Positions 1 through 16,368 of a DNA stretch of 64,000 nt are shown piece by piece; position 1 is the first letter of the stretch, and the number at the start of each line of letters is the position of its first letter. The notes under the pieces were generated by a model. It was not told where the DNA came from, searched no databases, and worked only from the letters and a program-made list of their open reading frames with translations. The position numbers and the translations under genes are program-made. Source of the DNA: the human T2T-CHM13v2.0 reference genome, Homo sapiens; NCBI RefSeq assembly GCF_009914755.1, contig NC_060930.1. The stretch is one strand, 5' to 3'.

Positions 1-130
1 GAGAAAATTAGACAGTGAATTAAGAAAGGGGAGTTTATGTAGTAGGTTTGGAGCAGAGATATCAATAAAGGAGGAATGCGGCAGCAAGTGGCCTCAAGGA
101 AGCGTTAGTTTGCATATTCTAGGTTAGTGC

Positions 131-1472
<1,342 letters not shown>

Positions 1473-2924
1473 CAATGTTCAAGCAAATAGCTTGGTAAAA
1501 CTTTTAACAAAGGGTGTCTACTTGTATGTTGGTGATATTTAGGGAAATGTCCTAAAGAGCCAAAATTCCATTGAAAATTATTAGGTTACTGTAAAAATCT
1601 TAACTTCACTTTTATTATCAAATACTTGGAAGTGTAGGTGTCGTGATTCAGGAAGACTTGACTGCAAAGCATGCAGATAGACCAGTGTGAAGCAGGAGGA
1701 AAAAGGAGAAAGCAAGGATCTGGTAATTCTGGGGCTAAGGAAGCAAACAACCCTATAGCTTGGGTTTCTAAGAACGTGGTATCTGGGGAGGTGGGAAATT
1801 CCAAATTGAGTGAATTAGGATATCAATTCCTGCAATCCAAATAGTCTGACATTGGAGGTTACTTGAATCCAGAATTTGAGTCCAGATTCCTAGATTGTTA
1901 ACTGAGCAAAAACATAGATGGCCCTAGACTATTTATATTCTAGGTCTAATTACTCCCTGCTGTTAGCATTTCTACAGGGTTCAACCCAACCCAAACTGAA
2001 AGGTGACAACATGAGAAGAGAGGGACAAGAATGCTGGGAATGAAGGTCTGAGCCCAGGAATGATTTTCTGGACAGGTTTAGGTGTTCTCAGAGGCTTTTT
2101 ATGCAGTGGCCCATGTAATGGGAGATGGGGGTGAGGAGCAGGGAGAAAAGACTAGAAAAAGGCCCTCCAAAGCAACTTAGGATCTGCCAGAATCCAAGAT
2201 GACTCTTCATTTTGGGCTAGACTACAGGTTTCTTTCAAATACAATAGGACAAAAATTGAAGAACACCAAGAGACCGAGAAGTGCGAAAGAGTTCCTTCTC
2301 CTTTTGTTACCCATCAAATCAAATGCTAAATAGTCAAGTATTATCTGCATTGCTTTCAGCCCTCTTCCAGACGTGGATAGCTGTGATAGGCCTGCATCCC
2401 AGAGCAGGTGTGGTTCATTTAGACAGGGGGTGAACACAAGGTAGTTCTGCCCACCTGGGCAACTGTTCCAGTTGTGTGGGGAGGATTATGACCTTGTTAT
2501 CACCTCCTTGGGGCAGAAATCATGGGCCCATATGATGTTCTGTCATTATTTTTCTTTATTTGAGATATAAAATAGAGACATTTCTTCCGAATTTATTTAT
2601 AGAGACACAAACATCAAAAGAACAAGAAAGATGTCTTTAAAAAGAATTTTTAAGCCAGAGATTTGCAGGTGCTACATTTTCTTTCATTGCAGCTTGTCTC
2701 TAGGGAAGGTGTGAAAAGATCTTGGCACACTTCTTTTACTAACTTTACTAACGGTGGTCACAGCCCATCTGGGAGGAAAAATCAGTACACAGTGATGCCA
2801 GATATCTCAAGGCTCAATTAGGAGATTTTCCTGAGAGCCTCCTATATTTCTCTTTGGAGGGTCTCATCTGCTGCACACCACCATCCTTCACACCAGAACA
2901 GGAGCCCCAACAATGCAGGGGTTT

Positions 2925-3023
2925 TTTTCGTGTGTTTCATTCAGAGTTGTGTCTTCAGTGACTAAAACAATACCAGGCACATAATAGGTGCTAAATAAAA
3001 ATTGTTGAACAAATGAACAAATG
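2925..3023 (+). mobile_element. L2 3' end fragment
   Basis: CCAGGCACATAATAGGTGCTAAATAAAAATTGTTGAACAAATGAAC. Confidence 0.6.
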
Positions 3024-3108
3024 TCCTTCACCTCATTCATCATGAATGGAGGTGATAATAATAGCTAACGTTTATTAATATTTTACTACGTACTTGGCAA
3101 TGTACTAG

Positions 3109-3408
<300 letters not shown>

Positions 3409-3419
3409 ACAAATGTTAT

Positions 3420-4615
3420 TATTATTATTATTTTTATTTTTAGAAAAAAGAGTTTTATTATTAAGAGAATTTAAAGGAAGACATTAATAGAAAATGAAAA
3501 GAAATTATGAACCCTTTCAAAACCTTTCAATTCAATGTTCTAGTTCTTCATTTCCTAGATACAACTCTGTACCATGGTCATAATTTTTCCGTCTCATGAA
3601 TAGGAGGACAAATGATAGGAGTGGAGACTATCCCGAGGAATACTTTTGAGATTAGTGGATAGGAGTTCAATGAATAAGTCAAGTATACCTAAAGAAACAT
3701 TGAACGTACAAGTATATCACAGTCAATATCTCATATCATGAACAGTTAGTCAAAATAGCTTTCTCTTTCCTAACCATTTTGCCATACTACAATGATCTAC
3801 TTAAAATACAAATTTCACAACTTCAATGATTCTTCACTGCCCACAATTAACACACTGTTTCGTAGACTATGTTCTACCAATTATACATTGCCTATATATG
3901 TTTAATCGTCACTATAAAGAAATAGCGGACAGGCGTGGTGGCTCATGCCTATAATCCCAGCACGCTGGGAGACCGAGGCAGGGATACTGCTTGAGCCCAG
4001 GAGTTTTGAGAGCAGCCTGGGAAACAGAGTGAGACCTTTTGGCTACAAAAAAAACATAAAAAAAAATTAGCAGGGTGTAGGGGCACGTGCCTGAAGTCCC
4101 AGCTATTTAAGAGGATGAGGTGGGAGGACTGAGTTGAGCCCAGGAGCTAGAGGCTGCAGTGAGCCAAGATCATGCCACTGCACTCCAGGGCAAGCCCTTG
4201 TCTTCAAAAAACAAAAAAATTAAGGAAAGTAATGTGTTGAACAAACACCAAGTACAAAGTATACTAATACAGTGGATAAATGCTACTCCAACTCTGATCC
4301 ACCGACTGCCAGGATCAGCATGACGTTGCAGATAGAACTCAAGAATCTGTCATAACAGGCTATCTGGCTGATTGTTCTGAATGTGAAAGTTTTAGAAATA
4401 CTGTTCCAGAGGGTAAAAATGAGGGGACCTAATTTTTTCTCTCTTAGGAATCTTACCCACCAAAAGGTATTGCAAGCATCTGTTGTGGGGCTGGAATTCT
4501 TAAAACCTCTCCAAGCATGCTGTGTGAATAAAAGGACAGTGTTCAGATTTCTGACTCTAACAGACCATCTAGCCATGGAAGCCTACAGCTCTTTTAAAAC
4601 ATGTACTTTCAATGC
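3420..4615 (-). pseudogene. Processed retrocopy of an unidentified mRNA 3' region
   Basis: Minus-strand AATAAA (TTTATT 3454-3459) about 12 nt before a degenerate poly(A) at 3420-3441; TSD-like ACAAATGTTAT (3409) / ACAAACATTAT (4616); interrupts a MIR. Confidence 0.6.
3927..4219 (+). mobile_element. AluJ
   Basis: Diverged dimeric Alu with A tail. Confidence 0.9.
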
Positions 4616-4869
4616 ACAAACATTATCTTATTTAATCTTTACATCATCCAATGAAGTATGTATTAATAATGATACTGTTTTTATTATTCCCACTTTATAC
4701 TCTGAGACTAAGGGAATCTAGTAAACGCCAAAGTTATTCTGCTAGGAAGAAGCATAAGTGGGAATCTGAGTGCTCCGATCCTATTCAGTGCTGTCCTCAA
4801 GAAGGTTACAATCCAGTTAGGAGGATGAAATTGATGCTAGTGAAACAATTAGTCTTCCTACTTTCTCTA

Positions 4870-5036
4870 TCAGTGCTTTTGTTTTCCATTCAGGGCAGAT
4901 GAATCATCTGAGGATCTTGTTAAAGTGCAAGTTCTGTTTCAATATGTGTGAAGTGAGCCACAAAATACTGCAAGTCTAAAAAGCTCCCAGGTGATGCCAA
5001 CACTGCTGGCCCCCAGACTATGCATTGAGAAACAAG
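4870..5036. mobile_element. MER5A/B hAT MITE
   Basis: ATCATCTGAGGATCTTGTTAAAGTGCA...AAGCTCCCAGGTGATGCCAA. Confidence 0.7.
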
Positions 5037-5224
5037 TTTACATCCCCTTTCCCTTTCTCAGGCATTGCTGTTGCTACAGGCTGCTGTGGTCTAGGGCAAT
5101 GTGCCCCAAATACCTCTTACAAAGTGACTCACATCTTCCTAGTTCCCACAATACTTATAGAACACTGGAAATGTTCTTCATTTAGGGTTTTTGATTAAGT
5201 AGATTCACTTTTTAAGTATGCAAA

Positions 5225-6825
<1,601 letters not shown>

Positions 6826-6849
6826 GTGGAAATGCATTTATTGTTTTGA

Positions 6850-7454
<605 letters not shown>

Positions 7455-7504
7455 TCACCCATGCACCTCCTAAAATTATTTCCCATATGCTATTTTGGTA
7501 AACA

Positions 7505-8555
7505 TTGGTAGAGCAGAAGAAAGCCATGGACTTTGGCTTAAGACACTCTTGGGTTGGAATCTTGGCTCTGTTGCTTACCACAGCTATGTGATCTTGGTCA
7601 AATAACTTTCTTATATGATTTAAGTGATGGTTTGCAATCTCTGAGTCTGAGCTTAATGAACTGCAATTTTATGTTAACAATGTAAATGAATCCTACAATA
7701 AGCCTGAGGGAAAGAAGCTGGAGCCAAAAAGGGTACACCCACTGTATGATTCTGTTTATAAATAGTATAAAAACAAGCAAAACTAATCTTTGCTACTGGA
7801 AGTGAGGATCATGATTACCTTTGAGAGGAGGTAGTGACTAGGAGAGATTCAAGTGGAGCCTATTTGGAGGGCTGGAAATAATAATAATTATTATTATTAT
7901 TTTGAGACAGAGCATTACTCCATCACTCAGGATTGAGTGCAGTGGTGCAATCAGGGCTCGCTGTAGCTTCACTCTCCCTGGCTCAAGCAATCCTCCCACC
8001 TCAGCCTTCTAAGTAACTGGAATTACAGGTGCCTACCACCATGACTGGCTATTTTTAAAATTTTTTTGTGGAGTTGGAGTCTCACTCTATTGCCTGGGCT
8101 GGTCTTGAACTCCTGAGCTGAAACAATCCTCCCACCTCAGCCTCCCAAAGTTTTGGGATGACAAGTGTAAGCCATCGTGCTCGGCCTGGAAAGATTTTCT
8201 GTCTTGATCTGGGTAGCAGTTACATCACCTGAGGATCTTGTTAAAGTGCAGGTTTTATGTGGATATCTGTATGTGTACATGCATATATATACATTCATAT
8301 ACATACACACATACATTTTTATATGCACACATGCACATACACAATGTAGTACTTGAGGACTCTTTTGGGGTACTGGTCTCGTTCTGTTCCTTGATCTAGC
8401 TGCTTGCTACACATGTGCTCAGACTGAAAATTCATCAAGCTGTAAATAGATATGTGCACTAGAAATGGATTTCTTCTCTGTAAAAATGGAGATAATAATA
8501 AAAATAATGTCTACTTCAGAAGTTTGGTTGACTAAAGTATAAAAAGCATCTGCTG
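7505..8555 (+). mobile_element. MIR pieces (7505-7610, 8465-8555) around L1ME 3' UTR fragments (7685-8460)
   Basis: MIR core motifs; L1ME ACTGTATGATTCTGTTTATA...AAAACTAATC and AAAATTCATCAAGCTGTA. Confidence 0.6.
7888..8186 (-). mobile_element. AluJ
   Basis: Antisense Alu; flanking TGGAAA repeat. Confidence 0.9.
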
Positions 8556-8848
8556 TGCTGGGCGCAGTGGCTCACGCCTGTAATCCCGGCACTTTGGGAG
8601 GCTGAGGTGGGTGGATCACGAAGTCAGGAGTTCGAGACCAGCCTGGCCAATATGGTGAAACTCCATCTCTACTAAAAATACAAAAATTCGCCAGACTTGG
8701 TGGTGTGTGCCTGTAGTTTCAGCTATTTAGGAGGCTGAGGCAGAAGAACCAGTTGAACTCAGGAGGCGGAGGTTGCAGTGAGCCAAGATTGCGCCACTGC
8801 ACTCCAGCCTGGGCAATGGAATGAGACTCCATCTCAAAAAAAAAAAAA
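8556..8848 (+). mobile_element. AluSg-like
   Basis: TSD AAAAAGCATCTGCTG / AAAAAGTATCTGCTG. Confidence 0.9.
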
Positions 8849-8907
8849 GTATCTGCTGAATAAAGATTAGGTCCTTTGCTCTTATTTCACTATAGAGTAA
8901 GAGATAC

Positions 8908-8951
8908 AATTAGAACTTATAATGCAGGTAGAATTAGAACTTATAATGCAG
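8908..8951. repeat. Short direct duplication (AATTAGAACTTATAATGCAG x2, period 24)
   Basis: Two identical 20-mers. Confidence 0.85.
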
Positions 8952-9130
8952 CATGAAAAAAGCCACATTATAAAGTATTAACTTCATCATGTTCACATTT
9001 TGTCCGAGATATAAATCTTACATTAGAAAAATAATGCTTTAGAGTAGAACTGATGAATAGGTGGGAGAGATTAACTGGAGGAAGGGCAGTTTCCAGACCT
9101 CACTGATGGGCATTTTGCCAGTAAAGATGC

Positions 9131-9871
9131 TTGAGAGAAACAGAGCCAATAAGTTTTTGTGTGTGTATATATGTGTGTGTGTTTATATGTATGTGTGTGT
9201 GTGTTTATATGTATGTGTGTATATATATGTGTAGACACACACATGCATATAAACACATATATAGACACAAGTATGTACACACATACATATACACACACAT
9301 ATATATACACACACATACATATATATGAGATATGATCTAACAAGATTTTGGAGAATTCTTGAAATGTAGCTAGCTATCTGATGTTCCTGATATAACATAA
9401 ATATCTAGTCTCCTTTATAGCTAAGATACGTTATATATATACCTAAGATATGATATATATACGTATGTGTGTGTGTGTATATATGTATGTATGTGTGTGT
9501 ATATATATAGAGAGAGAGACCATATATATGTACGGAGAGAGACGAAGAGAGAAAGAGAGATTTTAATGATTGGCTCATGTGATTGTCAAGGCTGGTGAGT
9601 CTGAAATTTCTAGGACAGGCATGCAGGCTGGAAATTCTGGCAGGAATTCTAACAATCTTGAGGCAGAATTCCTTCTTCTCTGGGAAACCTCATTTTTTAC
9701 CCTTAAGGCCTTCAACTGATTGGATGAAGCCCATACACATTACGGAGGGTAATCTTCTTTACTTAATCCAAATGATTATAAAAATTAATCACATCAAAAA
9801 AATACCTTCATAGCAACATCTATTTGGGTACCATAGCCCAGGCATGTTGACACATAAAATTAACCATCACA
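9131..9871. mobile_element. MLT2 (MLT2D-like) ERVL solo LTR with internal TG/CA/TA microsatellites
   Basis: GAGAGAAACAGAGCCAATAAG start; ...TTGACACATAAAATTAACCATCACA end. Confidence 0.8.
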
Positions 9872-10494
9872 GCATCTATAAATCCTGCTTAGAGTTAAAA
9901 TAGCTTTGTACTCAGCTTAAATGGCCCTCGCTATATATTTAGGCAGAACACATCAATCTTCTGGAAGATATTTATATCCTGTTCCAAGTGATATATGATC
10001 TTATGGTTTAGTGTTGCATGGGCCACGGGCAATCATACTAATCTTGGCTGAAGTAGCTTAGTTATAGTGGAGAATAGATATTTATGTTATATCAAGAACA
10101 TCAGATAGCAAGCTAAGTCTTCAGGAATTCTCCAAAATGTCTTTAGATCATAACGTATAGCAAACCCTCCTAGATCAAACTACTGCATATAAAAGTATCC
10201 TTCAATCAATGAAGGGGTCGAATTCCAAAAGTTTGTTTCTTTTTGTTGTTGTTATTGGAAGTTGAAAAATGTTTTTTTTTCCCCTCCAAAATAACATTAT
10301 GTTCCCAGGTGCACAGAAAGACATAGATGGTATCCCTATTTATGTAATTTTAACCATTTCCTTAGGTAATTGTTTTCACAATTAATTTCCTGATTGCCTA
10401 TTTCCCTTTCCTAGACCTCTTGAAAATATCAAAAATGGGTGATCAGGTCTTTTGCCACAAAGTTATATGAACAGAAAAAAATGTTTAGTTGACC

Positions 10495-10690
10495 TTGAAC
10501 CTATTGATTACATATGGCCCATAGAAGTATTTCCTTTTGATGCATATGTTTAAAAACAGTAAGAATTAGTTGTTGACATGTAAAAATCAGGAGATTTCTC
10601 AAAAAACATGGATTCCTGGATTCTCTTAGAAAAATAAAACAGATCTGGCAGGAGGAAAGTAAAGACAGCTGGGGCTTGGGCTCCCCGGGT
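10495..10690. mobile_element. MER102-like hAT element
   Basis: TAAAAATCAGGAGATTTC...TTCTCTTAGAAAAAT...AGATCTGGCA. Confidence 0.55.
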
Positions 10691-11019
10691 CCCCAGAGCC
10701 ACCCCTTGGCTGGCTTTACTGTCATGTTATCAGTCTGGCACTGTAGGCATTTGAATTGTGACCTCTGTCGTAGACAGCCTGTAGCTGTCACCTTGCTAGG
10801 GCTACTGTCACAGATCCAGTGTCTGCTATTGGGCTTTAAGGTCTTTATTTCCCTCCTCCTGCCAGCCAAGATGAAACAGTCTACATAGTGTTGTAGCTAC
10901 TGCCCTAAGGGACACATGCCCAGCACATGAGTTGCCAAATCCCTTTCCACAAGGTCTGGAGGAAGAAGGCCTTATTCCTTAAACCCCCTTCCCCATGGAG
11001 GAAGAAGGCCTCATTCCTT

Positions 11020-11312
11020 TTTTTTTTTTTTTTTGAAATGGAGTCTCACTTTGTTGTCCAGGTTGGAGTGCAATGGCTCGATCTCAGCTCCTGCAACCTC
11101 CGCCTCCTGGGTTCAAGCGATTCTCCTGTCTCAGCCTCCTGAGTAGCTGAGATTATAGGGGTGTGCCACCAGGCCCAACTAATTTTTGTATTTTTAGTAG
11201 AGATAGGGTTTCACCATGTTGGTCAGGCCGTTCTTGAACTCCTGACCTCGTGATCCGCCCGCCTCGGCCTCCCAAAGTGCTGGGATTACAGGCGTGAGTC
11301 ACCGCGCCCGGC
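11020..11312 (-). mobile_element. AluSg-like
   Basis: 17-bp TSD AGAAGGCCTCATTCCTT at 11003 and 11313. Confidence 0.92.
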
Positions 11313-11344
11313 AGAAGGCCTCATTCCTTAAACCTCCTGGGATC

Positions 11345-11515
11345 CCTGTCTTTCCTTCCTTTCCTTGCCCACCTGCCTACCTGTCTTCCTTTCTCCCTTC
11401 CTCCTTCTCTCCATTTTCCTTTCCTCCTTTTTCCTTTTTCTTTTCCTTTTCCTTTTCTTCTCCTCCCCTCTACATTTCCCTCTTTATCTCTGTTGCTCTC
11501 TCCTTCCTGCCATCC
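11345..11515. repeat. CT-rich low-complexity tract
   Basis: Polypyrimidine composition. Confidence 0.8.
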
Positions 11516-12222
11516 TGGCTGCAAGTTTTTTTCAGCAGCAAGGCAGTGAGAGCAGGTCTTCCCTGCCTCCATCTCCTGGTGAGAGTTTACACTTACACTT
11601 AGGTGGCAAGAGGCTGGGGCTAGGGCTCTGGGACAGTGTTTAGAGTAGTGGCTCTGGGATGCAGCCCTGAAAGATGGGGTGAGGGAGGAGCCAGGAGCAG
11701 TTTCGCCTCATCTTTCCAGCCCCTTCTCTCTCTTTAAGAGTCTCCGTAATGAAGGTGCATGGGGAGAAGGACTCTCTCTTTTTCTGTCTTCTTGGTCCCT
11801 CTAATTTTCTGGTCCATTTTATTCTACTTCTTTCTCCCATTTCCTCCCTCTTTCAAACAGTCTTGCTGATCTTGTTCCCAGACAGGCACTTGATGGGAAT
11901 AAAAGCTGGAGACTGTGCTTAGTGGGCAGAATGAGAAGTGGCAAAGGGGACACTGAGCGGTGGCCCTCATGGGAAGGAAGAAGGAGTAGAAGAAAGTTCT
12001 GTATTGGATTGGAAGAAAAAGCTCTTTCTGAAGCAACTTGACTGGGCTCAGTTTTATACTATGCGTGCTGAGGAGCAAGGGCAGATGCCTCTATTCTCTT
12101 TATATGTTTGCCACCCTATGCCTGGAGGATTGTGCCCTGTTTTTGCAAGTGTGTTTCAATTAAGTGAATTATATGATAATTAAAAATAAATGCCCAATAA
12201 GCTAAGAAAATAGGTTCTCAAG

Positions 12223-12942
<720 letters not shown>

Positions 12943-13349
12943 TAGAAAGGGCTTTTAAAAATAGTTAATATTCAATGGATATTATAGAAAAACAAAGACT
13001 GGCCAGATGTTTCAAACTCAGTGTTTATTTTAACACAATCAAACAAAAATCTGGGTATCATTATCCCTTCTCAACTCTGAGTACATAACCAACACATAAA
13101 GCATGATGGTATCTGTATTGTGATGGCTAAATGAATGACATTGTTAGTATACGATTATCATCCCCAAATGTTCATTAAATGCTGATATATTGGTGGAGCT
13201 GTGATCAGAGCCTACATAAAGCAAATTAATAAGCAGGTAACCACCCAGGCATCATTCACTACCCAACATTCACATCAATGTTAATAAGATATACAAAATA
13301 ATGATGTTAGTCTAAGAGGCAATTTTTAGAAATTACTTGGCTGATTCTG

Positions 13350-14079
13350 TCATACCATTAGCATCTATGAAAATGATAATTTTGACATTAAAAGGGATAA
13401 AAAATGGAGGCCACAGTTTAGATATACCTCAAGGCCATCTATCCATACTCATGTAGCCAACACTTGAGTCATCCTGATTTTCCCAAATGCTAGCTCTATT
13501 TATAAATGAAACACAAAATATAAGCTTTACATCCTTGTCAACATGATTCAGTGAAATTAAACCAATTAGCTGTAGACAAACAAGCTCAAACAGCTCTGCT
13601 TGCCTTAAAAAGAATGTTAACGTCTAAAGGCCAGTCATGAAACAAGTCAAAATACTTGCTCCTTTAATGCTCTATAAACTGTTCCATAACTGCCGTGAAC
13701 AGGACTTTTTACCATATTTTATTTGAGGTCTCCTTGTTCTCTAACTGTTCCTTTGTGCACCATGAATTTCTACAGTTAGTTTCTTTTATTTTTTTTCATC
13801 TGTTATGTTTATTATTCAACAAAGCAAATAAAGTCATGGCTTAAGGGGGAAAATATTTGAAGTAAACAGGACAATATTATTTGTGCAAGTTGCCTTATAC
13901 AAGAAATTCCAAAAAAACAAACATCCAAAGTGAATGTGCACACTACACATGATTTCCAGTGAAACTGTGCCAGTGACACAAAATGTTCTGACAATAACTT
14001 ATTGTCGATATGGGGGATAGTTGAATAGATATTTTCCCTAGGAACAATTTTAAAATTTGATCTGATTTTATTTTTAACA
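13350..14079 (+). mobile_element. MER67-like ERV1 solo LTR interrupted at ~13780-14043
   Basis: AAGCTTTACATCCTTGTCAACATGATTCAGTGAAATTAAACCAAT core; terminus TTGATCTGATTTTATTTTTAACA. Confidence 0.7.
13780..14043 (-). pseudogene. Short processed retrocopy (mRNA 3' end) inside the LTR
   Basis: T-tract 13780-13796; minus-strand AATAAA (TTTATT 13808-13813); non-LTR sequence between collinear LTR halves. Confidence 0.5.
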
Positions 14080-14232
14080 CAGCAAAACAATTAAATCCAT
14101 AACCAATTATGTCAGCTATAATGGGATGAATTCAAAGGGCATAGTTTGAATTTAAATTGGTATACATTAAGTGATATATTCATAAATTCATAAATTGATA
14201 AAATTTCATATATTTTAAGTGATATATATTAA

Positions 14233-14452
14233 TAATTAAGTAATGTAATATAAAATTCTGGCCGGGTGGAGGTCCATTTTTCTCCTTAAAATAGGAGAAT
14301 GACTTTTGGGAAGGTGGATGACAATGAAGAACCTTCCTAAACATGGCAGCCCGTTCTCAGGCAGATCAATTTCAAGTAAAACTATCTTTGCTCACGTGAC
14401 CCTTGGAAAGTCTTCAGGTATCCCCAGGAGTACTCAAGTTTGGAGACCACTG
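14233..14452 (-). mobile_element. Charlie 5' end, inverted copy of 16929-17180
   Basis: Reverse-complement match ending AGTTTGGAGACCACTG. Confidence 0.75.
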
Positions 14453-14472
14453 CTATTAAGAACCAAATAAAC

Positions 14473-14856
<384 letters not shown>

Positions 14857-15077
14857 TCATTTATAGGCAGAGATAGATAGATATAGAATATATAGAGATA
14901 TAGAAATAGTTAACAATAATTTTTCTACACCCATATAGTAGATTGTGGCATTTTAAATTCCCATGTCTCAGAAAGAATGCGATAATTAAATCATTTTACT
15001 AATCCCATAATTATCTTTATGTTTTTCAACAAGGAGGGAGTGAGTCTGGGAAAGGCTTCAAGAGTGATATAACTTGA

Positions 15078-15349
15078 GTGGCACACACCTGTAATCCCAA
15101 TACTTTGGGAGGCCAAGGTGGGAGGACTGTTTGAGACCAGCCTGGGCAAAATAGGGAGACCATGTCTCTACAGAAATTTTTTTAAAAAAATTATTGGAGC
15201 ATGGTTGCAGGTGCCTGCAATCCCAGCTACTTGGGAGGCTGAGGTGGAAGGATCACTTGAGCCTGGCAGGTCAAGGCTGCAGTGAGCTCTGATCATGCCA
15301 CTTCACTATAGCCTGGGCAACAGAGTGAGACCTTGTCTCTAAAAAAAAG
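15078..15349 (+). mobile_element. AluJ (partial)
   Basis: Diverged Alu. Confidence 0.88.
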
Positions 15350-15991
15350 AGAAGAGTAGATGTTTGCCATGATGAAGTGAGGGATTAAGGTTATTTCAGG
15401 GCACAGAGGAGAGAGAGAAAGGGTCCAAAGACAAAGGACAACTTAGTGTAGCTCAGTTTGTCTGAAGTGAAGGATGGGAGAAATATGGTCAAAAATCAGT
15501 CTAGCAAGGCAAGGAAGAGTCAGAGCATATGCTAAGATCTAGTGTTTCTCTTGAAGAAGTTGGTGCTTCATGACACAGGCAACAAAAGCCGTTTAAAGCT
15601 TTGGCACAAGCTGAGACTCTAATAAGAAAACCTTGCCATCAGAAAAACGGGAAAACCAAAAAGCAAGGTCTCAAACTGAGGCAGTTAGCTACAGGGTTAG
15701 AGAAAGCGGGAATGACAGTAGGGATGTTAGGGATATAAAAGAATCAAGGTTTGGCTACTAGGTGGATGTGGGGAGTGAGAGAGAAGGAGCCATGGGGAAT
15801 GGTCCAGGTTTCTCGGTTGGTTATGATGTCAGGATTGTGCTTGACTATCACAGTTGGCAACACAATCTACTGCTATTCTGCAGATTTGTGATGCCTCTCC
15901 TAGCTTTCTGCGCAACCTTCTTTAGAATGGCTTTTCGTCCTCGTGCTTGTCATCTTGTTAATGTAAGAAGCATGTGCTACTTTCAGCATCA

Positions 15992-16368
<377 letters not shown>

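Noticed and set aside
1586-1804. Possible retroviral env-like peptide (WSICMLC)
   Set aside because: Only a superficial cysteine/tryptophan pattern; no furin site, immunosuppressive domain, CX6CC or flanking ERV structure
4283-4902. ORFs 4283-4576, 4383-4721 and 4651-4902 as retrogene coding sequence
   Set aside because: No recognisable protein family; two of them run into MIR sequence; the region looks like UTR
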